Assembly (NCBI GenBank): GCA_012295275.1
Contig: CM022670.1
Coordinates: forward strand, 2,170,001-2,234,000
Direction of reading: 5' to 3'
Length of the DNA: 64,000 nucleotides
Source: Chrysomallon squamiferum
Taxonomy: Eukaryota; Animalia; Mollusca
Part shown: positions 29,170 to 40,649 of the stretch, piece after piece
How the letters are laid out: each line of letters begins with the position of its first letter
Numbering within the stretch: the stretch's first letter is position 1
Notes under the pieces: model-generated
Database searches by the model: none
Told to the model about the DNA's origin: nothing
Seen by the model: the letters and a program-made list of their open reading frames with translations, nothing else
Translations under genes and position numbers: made by a program

Positions 29170-30537
29170 CTACACTACACTGCGACGAGGGATTTGTTTC
29201 TCTACAACATGGAATGGAATGCGTCCCCGGGACACACACGCCCACAACGCGGCGACAGTTTCTAGAAACATGCAGATAACAGAACAGATTACAGTAACAA
29301 ATACGAGGAAGATAAATCCGGCAATCCCAGTTCGGCGGACATTGAACGATTTTATCGTGCCGAAAATAAATAAGAAAACAAATGTTCCCAAGATGGAACC
29401 AATTACAGCATGAATCCTGCCCCACGGCGGGAGAGGGAACAGTATTCCTAGCACAAATCCAACTGTGATGAAAGGCAATAACAGACCGGAAACGCACATG
29501 AAAACGAGGCCCACTTTGTATCGCGGTGGAATTTTTGAACTGCAGACGGTCATCAGAATTCCCGACAGCCACCGTCTTCTCTGGCGGATGAAGTCCATGA
29601 GAGTAAACGTGCTGAGTTCCCGCATCTCGCCTTCCACGAAACCGAAAACGTAGCCTCGATTCTGAGCCATCATGGCGAAGAAGCTGTCCTCGGCTATGGA
29701 AGCTTCGGGCCCGTGGTCGAAAGAGACGTCCTTTTCTGCTGCGACATTAGCGACAATGAACGAGCCTTTCCAGCTGAAGAAAGGTTTGTGCAGCACTTTG
29801 AGACAGAATCTTATTTGTCCGTAGTCGATTCCGACGCGAACGCTGTCTGCGAGAGTCGTAATCCAGTTGACGATTTTGTCCTTCGCGTACACGATGACTC
29901 CTTGTCCGAACTGGTATTTACCTTCAGCGATGAAGTTGACAGTGCCGATGATCGAGTCTTCAGTTAAGACGGTTTCTTCGTCCAAGTGCACTATCCAGTC
30001 TTCGTCACTGAGAAGATTAATTTCCGGTTCCAGACAGTACTGGAGCGCTCGAGCTTTGAACAAACTGCCTTGCCTTGTGCTGTAGTTATGAGGCACGACC
30101 AACTCCCGAACAAAGTGGTTGTCATTAAGACCTATAGCTTTATCCGTGACCACCTCGAACATGAAGTTCCGAAGCCCTACTTTACTGATAAGCTCAAGAT
30201 TCCTGGAAATATTATTCTTAACCAGGTCCGGGAACATTCCCCGAGTGACGACACGAAAACAGATGAAAGGAGCTAGAAAAGGAGAATGCTTCATGAAAGG
30301 TTTTTCAGGAAACGTATTAAAACAGATAATTCCGAGACAGTTAACAAAGGCGAATAGAACGGCACAGTAAGAACATATCCTTGAGAAGTTCATAATCCAA
30401 GTCAGAATCCTGCCATATCTTTTGTAAGGGTCAAAGTTGAGGGTTCCGTTATCGGCCTGTAAGACATAGTTTCCATATATAATGGCTAAGAGGAGTGCCA
30501 CACATGACCCATGTTGAATATGTCGGTAGAGAATCAT
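29170..30537 (-). CDS. egh: Beta-1,4-mannosyltransferase egghead/BRE-3-like (GT2 family), paralog 2; CDS in one exon, 455 aa
   Basis: ORF colinear with paralog 1. First ATG is at 30537, preceded by the acceptor ttatgtttccAG (exon from 30570). Motifs: SPFLAPFICFRVVTRG, EVVTDKA, LFKARALQYCLE, WIVHLDEET, FSWKGSF, SIAED, QRRRW. Confidence 0.93.
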   Translation of the reverse strand: MILYRHIQHGSCVALLLAIIYGNYVLQADNGTLNFDPYKRYGRILTWIMNFSRICSYCAVLFAFVNCLGIICFNTFPEKPFMKHSPFLAPFICFRVVTRGMFPDLVKNNISRNLELISKVGLRNFMFEVVTDKAIGLNDNHFVRELVVPHNYSTRQGSLFKARALQYCLEPEINLLSDEDWIVHLDEETVLTEDSIIGTVNFIAEGKYQFGQGVIVYAKDKIVNWITTLADSVRVGIDYGQIRFCLKVLHKPFFSWKGSFIVANVAAEKDVSFDHGPEASIAEDSFFAMMAQNRGYVFGFVEGEMRELSTFTLMDFIRQRRRWLSGILMTVCSSKIPPRYKVGLVFMCVSGLLLPFITVGFVLGILFPLPPWGRIHAVIGSILGTFVFLFIFGTIKSFNVRRTGIAGFIFLVFVTVICSVICMFLETVAALWACVSRGRIPFHVVEKQIPRRSVV

Positions 30538-31293
30538 GTTGGATTGGTTGGCAATTCCTGGTGAAGTAATCTGGAAACATAAATAATTTCTGGTCACATA
30601 GTTTTACAATTACAGGCTGTGACATGTCTCAGAATTAGTACTGACACTTTCCATTACATGATTACACAGCACACGTTGGTTAAAGTAACAAAGTGGTGGA
30701 GCCATAGTTTGATAGGGAAATAGCTGAATGAATTTTATATTTATTATTTTAAAAACATTTGTTTGCATTCATTACACTAAATTGTGAATTTTAGTATATA
30801 GCGAATAACAATTTCTAAGAAAAATTACTGATTAATAATTTTGCCTTTATGAATTAGGATTCTGTCGTTCTCGTTACTGTTCAAAATGACAACAACCCGC
30901 TGAAATTAATTAATGTTGGTGGATTTATCGTCCAGTTTTCTACAAATCGCGTCTTATAATATCAGCTTAGATATGTCAAAAAGAAATTGGTGCACGGTTG
31001 ACCCTAGAAAGCGTAAAGTAAATATATCAATTTTAATTTATCTGTAATAAAATGCTGAACTAATTAATCTGATGGGAATTCTACACACACGTCTGATTCT
31101 CTTTTGTACTGTGTGTTCGAATTTGGTTATGTTCGTCTGTCGGTTTGTGTGCGCATCTATGAATGCATTCAAAAACAGTTAAGAACAACAAAAATAATAT
31201 TAATAAATAAATAAATAAATAAATAATAGTTACAATATACGTGTTTATCACAATAAATTTAACGACCGACATAATGCAGTACATAACTTAATG

Positions 31294-31360
31294 TAATATA
31301 ATATAATATAATATAATATAATATAATATAATATAATATAATATAATATAACATAATACA
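31294..31360. repeat. (TAATA)n pentanucleotide microsatellite
   Basis: Directly visible. Confidence 0.9.
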
Positions 31361-33880
31361 ATACAATAAATATAACTCTATAAATAAATACTCACAGACA
31401 TACATACTGATCATACACGATTACTTTTCAGATTACTGCCAAATTATCTAATAAATAAGACTTTTATATATTTACTTTCTTAAGTACAATATTTTGATTG
31501 GCTACCGTCTTATGAATTACATGAAAAATAAATACAAGCCATTCATAACAACAAATATATATTTTAATATATAGATCAATTTTGATGTGTGATACTGAGT
31601 TCACATTTTCTTCACATGTATACTATGAAATACAATTTGGCTTTTGATCCTTGTGAAAACCTGTTCTATTGGGGTTTGCAATACGTCCAAAAAACTGTAA
31701 CATTGTGAAGAGGAAAGACAGGATTATATTAACGGATAAAAACAACCCGTTAACATATATGGTCATTCATTTGGTCAAGAGTTCAATTCATTATGCACAG
31801 CGAATATATATAATACTTTTTAATGACAGTCCCATACAATGAAATAGCAATACAGGACATAGAGAAATTTTTGTGATTCGAACAAATGTCGTCTGAGAGA
31901 GAGTGGGTTAGTGATAAGACTAGTATTAGTATTTCTCGAACAACCAATTTGACACCTAAAATATTCCCAGCCGATATAAAAGAGAGAATAAAGTTTGTGT
32001 ACACTGTATTTAATTTTCAGTGGTCACTAGACCGTGTCTGTTATTCCAGTTTGGCCTAAACAAGTTCAGAATACTTCTTCTGACAACACATACACGTACT
32101 GTAACATGTGATTTTAGTTAAATCTATCAAAATTAATATACTTCTTTCTTTTTTCTTTTTTTTCGAGTTCCGATTTAATTGGTTCCAGCTAGGAGACTTA
32201 TCTATGATTTAAATATTTTGTTACAAGTTCATTATATTATTAATAAATGATCTTGTAAAAGAAAAAAGACTCTGTTGAATTAGTGAAAATATCTGACCGG
32301 GACACTTCAGGTTCTGTGGTCGCTCAACGCAGAAATTAAATTACCTGACAAATAAAATTAATGATTAACTGCATTTATGCTTCGAAAACAAATATAAGTT
32401 AGTTTAAGAAGATTTTATTTTTTTCAGTTTTATCGGCAGTCAGAATAACCATGAAGTTTGTCGTGTAGGTCGCAGTGATATAAATTACTGTCGATCAGAT
32501 AAGGTATGAATTAAATTTTTATGGTTAATATCTTTAAATGTGTGCGTGCGTGCATGCGTGCGTGTGTGTGTAGATACATAAATAGTTATGTATATACTAC
32601 TGTTTAAAACTTTAAATATATTAATAGTTGCCACGTTTGCCCCCTTATAAATCCGACTGTGAACATATATATATATATATATATATATGTATGTGGGACC
32701 TGTACATATATTGAACCCCCTAACTTCTGACTTTCATTTCTCAGTGATGATGGAATCAATGAAAATCTAGTCATGGTTGATAGAAGTTACGATGCCCTAA
32801 GACCCTCGCAAAATAAAAAAAGTTTAACACCAAAGTCTTATGAACCAAATAAAAACCGGGGTTCAGTACAAGGACAAAGTGATTCAATGTAGGGAATTCC
32901 GAATATCCTTTGTAAATATCCATTTCACATACATTACCTATCGCCTAACTGAGACTGCTGCACTATAGAATTAGAAAACGAAAAAGTAAAGACTGTGTAT
33001 GTCCTAACCTACAAATATGTAATATCTTACATATGCACCTATATACCCACCAACACTACACACCGAAAAAAATAGTAAAAAAAATTACATTTGCATGGGA
33101 AAAACAAAATGTTTCCTTACGTTTTCCGCTCTTTAATATCACACAATGCACGATGTCGAACGAGCATAGTTGTGGCAAAACACCTTTCAGACAATCAGAG
33201 GCTGAGAAATGCCAGAGGTTCAGTACAGGTACAGGTTCAATACACGTACACTTTCCATATAATAAAGGTGTATTGGCCCATACTGTTCTTTTATACTGTC
33301 AGCATATCAATCAACGTTGATAACACCTTTCTACAACTTTTAGATAAATATTTCTTCAAAACCATTCAATACCTGTTGAAACTTGCGTTTTTCTTTCATT
33401 ATTAATCATTATTATTTGCAACAACCCCTATCAATAAGTCTCTGTAAGACGCAACCGTCACTCATTTATTTCATCGAAAAGACTATCAGGAATTAACTAC
33501 AGTTAAACTTAATCCTTTGCAAACATTTCAGAATTTTAAGACCAGACATGTCTGTTATACAGGACTAACAAGTGTATACATTTTCGCGTACAAGTAGTTC
33601 TGGAATATTTTAGATTAAAACTAGCAGAAAAGTCTGGAATATTAAAGATAATAGTACTGGTTGAGCTTCCTTTATCCAAAATTACACAGTCCGAAACATT
33701 TGCCGAGCAGCATATTTGTGCACATAATAATCCTGTATTTTTTTGGAAATTGCTTTCAAAACATCATCTACGATTGCTTCAATGACAGTGGTCAGCTACT
33801 TCCTAGCTTTTTAATATGTCAGAACAGTTCAGTGTTAATGTAACAAGGAAAACCGTTGTCTTATTTGTTACTCTTATCCT

Positions 33881-33967
33881 TTAGCAACAAGGATAATTTA
33901 TTTAATATGCTATTCCTATGGCAGTACATACCAAATCCTTTTATAATCTGGTTGTGGAGCATTGTTT
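33881..33967 (+). repeat. Dispersed SINE-like repeat copy
   Basis: TTAGCAACAAGGAT..TATGCTATTCCTATGGCAGTACATACCAAATCCTTT..GTGGAGCATTG. Confidence 0.45.
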
Positions 33968-34494
33968 ACAATAGGAAATTCTATTAAATTCATCAAATAT
34001 TTAATATTAACGTAAAAAATAAAGCTTCAATGAACCAATGAATACTGACTGTTAAATATAAAAATATGTATCAAAATAAATGACGAAGACGTGTAATTTC
34101 GTACTGGTTTTAATGAAAAATAATTAAGTTCATATTTCACAAAGTATTTACATACTTATTTATCAACATTCATTCTAAAATTCTTTGTATTTGTAATGAA
34201 ATATCTTTTTATCTGACTATCTAATTTTTTTTTTACACCATTATTTCTGTTGCTATCTCAAAACTGGTCATACAGTTCATTGTTAACAGAGAATTCCAAC
34301 ACATTCTTCTTTTTTTTTTTATCTGAAAAATTAAATTTTTCCTCATAACAAAACCAGTCATCCCACAGTAGAGATAATATAAAAATAAACAAAATTTTTT
34401 AACTTGAAATTACGTAATTATGTAAAAAATACGTATGTACAACAAAACTTTATATTACTGTTATTCACAACGAATAACTTCACGTTTTAATATC

Positions 34495-34780
34495 TACAGA
34501 CATTTCCGTTATGAAGGAAACTTCATACTTTATTTATTGCGTAGGACTAGTAATTTGATACTTTCGTGACTATAGAAATTCCTATTATGAAGGACAACTT
34601 CATACTTTCAGGAATACAGACATTATGTTATGAGGGACACACAACTTCATACTTTCATGAATACAGACATTTAAGTTATCTTTTTATGACTACTAACATT
34701 TCTGTTATGAAAAACAAACTTCAATCATGAATACAGACAATTCTGTTATACTGACAAAACTTCATACTATTATGATTCTA
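34495..34780. repeat. Degenerate tandem minisatellite (TACAGACATT..GTTATGAAGG..AACTTCATACTTT)
   Basis: AACTTCATACT and TACAGACA/GTTATGA recur about 5 times. Confidence 0.7.
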
Positions 34781-34832
34781 TAGTTTAGTATTTTACAACT
34801 GCATCCGATATATATATATATATATATACACA

Positions 34833-35622
34833 CAGTGGTACCTTGACTTATGAGTTTTATTTGTTCCGTGACTGAGCTTGTAACTCAATCTGCTAGCATA
34901 TCAAATCACTTCTAGCAAATGAGATTAATTGAAATACCATTGATCCATTCCAGCCCCACAAAAACCACCCCAATGTTTCGTAACGTGTTTTTAAATAAGA
35001 AAAAGTATGTACAAATGACAAATATTGTATTAAAACTAAATAAACGAGAATGTAAAGAAATAAATTGGTTTTGTGAAGTGCACAGGGCTAGGGTTTCTTT
35101 ATCTTTTCATGGACAGAGGTTCGCAGCTTATAAATTATTTTAACGCCTTTGGCTGGTTATACCTTTATCGACTAGTTCTGCTTCAGTGTGGCACATATTG
35201 TGAAAGTACTACATTCGTACTGCCTAGCCTTGCTGACTACACGCACACCTCGCTCTTGTTTTTTCTATGATTTATGCTTTAATTCAATGGACATCATCCG
35301 CTTCTTCTTCTCAGCACTGTCCTTTGCACCCACTTTCTCAGGATCCATGGAAATTAGACAAAATACTGCATAAAACGCGAGCAGAACACAACACAACAGA
35401 GATGCTTCCACGGCGAGGTAACCATGTGAAGCAAATGAGTAAGACGCAAGATGCTAGGCGGATGTCGTGTTGTTCGCTGCGCCAAGTAGCGGCGGCGTAT
35501 ATGAAGCTCCCTCGTAACTTGAATTTTTGCTCGCCACTGTAAGCAACAAAAAATCGACCGGTTGGCAGATCGTAACTCGAAAAACTCGTAAGATGGAGCC
35601 ATAATAACAAGAGGTACCACTG
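34833..35622. mobile_element. Non-autonomous pogo/Tigger (Tc1-mariner superfamily) MITE, about 790 bp
   Basis: Terminal inverted repeats CAGTGGTACCT...AGGTACCACTG, subterminal (CT)CGTAACTC-type repeats at both ends, insertion in a (TA)n tract, CpG-rich interior and no transposase ORF. Confidence 0.8.
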
Positions 35623-35706
35623 TGTATATATATATATAAAAAGTTGTATATGAAATACAAATGGAATTTGTTTTCAGACTAGGAGTCTATACTAGGCCAT
35701 CTTGTT

Positions 35707-35784
35707 ATATTCCAAAAGGTGAACAATTCTGAAATCTGACACACTTCTGGTTCCAATCATTTCAGATAAGGGATTATCAATCTG
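35707..35784. mobile_element. Solo Tigger4/Zombi(MER46)-like terminal inverted repeat fragment
   Basis: ATATTCCAAAA..TTCTGAAATCTGACACACTTCTGGTTCCAATCATTTCAGATAAGGGATTATCAATCTG followed by TA. It is homologous to the copy at 39639-39710 and resembles the Tigger4-type terminus as I recall it. Confidence 0.6.
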
Positions 35785-36099
35785 TACAGACACATTAAAA
35801 GAAGTCAGAGCATCATGAGATCAGCAAAAATATCACAACATTTTTTTTACTAAAACCCGTAAACCCTCAAACTGATGCACAAATTACTTTAACTTTATCG
35901 TAGTAATTTCAACATTAATTTTTTTGTCTTCTAAAAAAACTCTGTACTGCATTAACTCAATTAGATAATGGCAGTACCAAACTCTGAAGCATTATTCAAA
36001 TTTAGTCAAAAATAATGAACAACAGACAACTAGTAAAACTGGAAACTAAAGTTGTATATAGTGTCCAAAATGAGGACATGGATAAGTAAGAGATTTAGA

Positions 36100-38342
36100 T
36101 CAGGTTTCTGAACACCAGGTAAATACGTTCTGGAACATTCTGCACCAAGGAGAAGATTTCCTTTCTTCCCTCCACTGAAATGGCATCCAGGGACACTGCC
36201 ATGACAGGAAGCACCTTTCTGGATGTGGCATAACAGCCAAATGTCGGCCATCTTGTGAGCAAACTGCAGCAATGCCATCTGCTGAACCATTTGGGTTCAA
36301 AGGGTAAGTGCAGGTAACTCTGGCGTCATCGTCAACGTATCTGATAGGGGCCATATTGGCATTGATAATGTTGTTGTGGATTTCTCGATTTTTGAACACC
36401 ATCTTTCCTAAACATTTCGAAATTAATAATTAGTAATTATTCATGCACTCCATATATAATCATATAGGTGACACCCATCAGCTAACTATTTCTTTGAGCT
36501 GAGCAAAAACAAATGTTAACACATAAGTAAGAAAAGAAAAATGAAAAAAAAAAAGTGAAAATATTTAAAATGTTTTTTGAAAAGATATGACATATTATCT
36601 GGGACATACCAACGAAAAAAAAAAAAAAAAAAAAAAAAAAATGCATAGCTTCTTACAATGTAAAGTTGCACCGTAAAAAAAAAAAAAAAAAAAAAAAATA
36701 ATAATAATAATATGATAATAATAATAATAAAAGAGGACAAAAAAAGGTATTTACCTTCACCGTGAGAAACCCACATTCCAAACACTGTGTCCTCCATTCC
36801 CTGCAGCATTATCGCTGGACTAGGAAGTATTTTCACTGTTGTAAATCTAGATTCAAATCTCTCCGATGTGTTGTGTTCCAGAAACAGTCCCTGCTTTTCC
36901 ATTTCTTCCTCTGAAACTACAGTGAATTATAAAGCATTCAGTGTGAATAATTCTGCACAAGAACTAAACATAGTGCTGCCTTGTTTTGTCTAGCTTTTCA
37001 CTGCACTTCAAATAACAATGCATTGTTTTATAATATTCAGTCTCTTTAATTTTTAAACTCCAGATAATGGGAAAATATTATTCCATATTTGCTGAGTGAA
37101 TTTTTTTAGAAAGACAAATGCAGTATGTAATGTTTTTAATAATTATGTGCATAAAACAAAGTTTTGTGTTTGCAACACAATCTGAAAACTGTAAGAAATC
37201 ACTATTTCTGCTGCTCAGGAAAAGGTTTTGGATTTTGGAATTTAGGATAACAGATTGTGAACCTTTTAATCCTGTAGGCACTCACCATTGCTACAGTTGC
37301 CAACCCAGCCGAGCAGAGCCATGAGTTGACATCCATTACACACTCCCAGACTGAATGTGTCATGTCTGGCTTTGAACAGAGACAGCTGGGTGTTAGCGTT
37401 CTTGCTGAACAGGGCTGTGGCAGCCCAACCTGAACAACACAACAGTTTTAAAACAATCAGTTAAAACAATCAGTGTTAAGTCAGAAGATTTTATAAGTCA
37501 AATGACAGTTTTAAAATTATAACACTATTAAAACCAACACACAAGTGTTAATTGTGATGTATGAAGATTTGATAAGTCAAATGACAGTTTTAAAATTATA
37601 ACACTATTAAAACCAACACACAAGTGTTAATTGTGATGTATGAAGATTTTATAAGTCAAATGACAGTTTTAAAATTATAACACTATTAAAACCAAGACGA
37701 CACTGTTAATAATAATGTATAAGCTTTTAAGAAGTCAAATGGCAGTTTTAAAATTAAATCAACACATTTTTTGATAGTAAAAAGGATTAATTACAACTGT
37801 CACAATGAATGGTTTTCAAATGTATGCAGTCATTATAAACAACCTTAATTAATATACAAAACTATAATTCTAAGTGAATACAATAAATTTACTGTGAAAA
37901 GATAATCCGTTCAATACATACACACATGCATATATATTAAAATGCTGATTTCAACATCTAAGTACATTAATATATTTAAACAAAACATTTCAGTAAATAC
38001 TGGGTTTTTTCTCATATTTTAATAATAACATTTTGTTGTTGTTGTTTTAAAATGTTGCTGTTCAATACCTTTTGCTGAACCAAAAACGTCTGCATAACTA
38101 AATCCTCCAGCAAAAGCCAATCCACGAAAGGCATCAAGAGTTATCTTCCCTGAGCAGAGATCTTCCATGTTGATGTCCCAGACTTCAAAACCAGCCATGT
38201 GAAATGCAGCTGCCAATTCTCTGTCTCCATTACTTCCTTCTTCTCTTAAAACAGCAACCAACTGTTTCCTGTCTGAAACTGAAACTAATTTAAAAAGTTT
38301 TTTTTATCATTTGTAGTTATATTAAACCTTAAACATTAATAT

Positions 38343-38375
<33 letters not shown>

Positions 38376-40608
38376 GTAATAGATACATTTTTTAATTTAT
38401 TTGATTAAATAAAACAATCCCATACAAGATTAAATGAAACAGTCACAAATTTATTTAAAATTATTCATTTAAATAAAACAATCACAACCTTTATTTCATT
38501 TATTCAATTAAATCAAATCACCATAAAATTTATTTTAATTATTGAATTAACCAACACCATGAGCTGAATGTATACGCAAAATACAGTTACGCTGTTTATT
38601 GAAATAAGACTTCTGTGAGTACAAAATGTATTTAAGCTGTTTAATCTCTGTATTGTAGACATCAATCACCTATTTTCTGAGGAAATCTGAAACTCTCGTC
38701 AGGTTCGAATGACAGTTCGTAGGGTGGTGTTTTCCTGTGTTTCAGTCCAACCTCTTCCTGCTCCACACAGTGAGGATTGGCCTGACGTCGCTCAAGCTGG
38801 AAGCTCGTCTCTTCCCAGATGTCTCTGAGACAGGACACTGAATCACAGATCAGTTCATTGCCTTTGATAGTCAGTGTCACCTGATCAAATAAATGTGAGG
38901 GATAAAGGATTATTGAATTTGCTAGTTTATAGTATTTAAATAATTAAAAATCATTTATAATATATTGGGAGTTGTTTAAATGTTAATTAAAACCAAAAAC
39001 ATGCTACATATTGGTATTTGTAATGGATTCTGAGACATACTAAAATACAAGACTAATTATTAAAAGTCAAACTAACTAAAATAAAAGTCTTTAGTTTGGT
39101 AATTAATAGAAAATTTAGTATCTGTGAGATATACAGCAACATAAGACTAATATTAAAAATCAAACTGGTTAAAAAAAAAGTCTTTGGTTTGGTAATTAAT
39201 TTGAATATTAGTAATTGTGATAGATTCTGAGATTCATGATTATAAATAATGTATGTACCTCATCAGAATGTACCGAGTTTCCCAGCTTGTAACACTGCAC
39301 TTGTTTTGACTTGTACAAGTCACAGATAGCAGACACATCTTTATCTCTCACTTCCAGCACCAAACCAGCCTCTTCAGCAAACAACATCTCTATGTTTGTC
39401 ACTGGAATTAACACACACTGCTTTGTACTTCAGTCAAAAATAATTACTATTATAAGCTGAGGATTCTTTATCTCAAATGCAGAACTTCTTGCATGCAGCC
39501 AAAATGGCAATATCTTTATTTAATGAATGAAATTATTAAAAATGTAATACAAAAAATCCTGCTGCCTTTTTTTATTTGAAATATAAACAGAATCTATGGT
39601 TAGACTTATGTCCTTTTTCTGGATGTATCCTTATCTTTCAAAATCCAAAAAATTCTGAAATCCAAAACAGTTCTAGTACCAAGCATTTTGAATAAGGGTT
39701 CCTTAGCCTGTAATATCACTCTGCACCAGCCCCTCCCTAATTTTAAAAAGAGTGTTTTCTTTATTAGTTAAATCTGTTTTATCCTTGTGAATCTTTATTA
39801 AATTTTGGTAAGTTAATATATAAACTGCACTACCCTTCTTAAAATCATGACTGATCACCAATGACTGAACATAACCATTTTTCTTTTTTAATAAATTTCA
39901 AATAGCAGTCTCAACAGAACTCCACTTCCTAGGATTCTGGCAACCACCTCATAATGATTTCAACTTAAATGTGAGCGAAAAAAGCACCTTCCATTTTATT
40001 GAAATGTTTTTTTAAATAATAATATATTCAAAAATTAACTTTACATCTGTGTCTTGTGATTCCTACCTTCTGAACGTGATCGTTCAGCAATATCCACTTC
40101 AAACCCACAGTTCCCTGCAAACGCCATCTCCAACAAACAAGTAATCAGTCCCCCATCACTGACGTCATGTCCAGCTGTGATTTTCCTGTCTGAAAACACA
40201 ACATGGCTGCTGTAGTAACACTGACAAGTACTTCACTGGGTTTTGGTAAAAAAAATAATTATCATTTTTTTCAAGTTTTAATTTTATTTATAGTTTTCTT
40301 TATTTCACTGGTAATGAAAGTAACAATAAAGAGATAAACCCCAGAGAATGCTTAGGTGCTGAACATTTTACCTTCTTTTCACTGCTGTGTTTCTTCAACT
40401 TTTACTTATGTTACTAATTATATTTACTGTTACTAATAAATAAATAAATAAATAAATAGTAAATAAATAAGCAATTAAGTTAATAAATAAATAGTAAATA
40501 AATAAATTAATAAATAAATAGTAAATAAGTAAATAAAAAAAAAATAATAATAATAAAAAAAATAAACAATTAATTAAATAAATAGTAAATAAATAAGTAA
40601 GTAATTAA

Positions 40609-40649
<41 letters not shown>

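Noticed and set aside
34919-35660. Cluster of short ORFs as a transposase or small gene
   Set aside because: They lie within the MITE, show no DDD or HTH motif, and are all short.
37484-37755. CRISPR-like array
   Set aside because: The units are contiguous near-identical repeats without unique spacers, in a eukaryotic intron.
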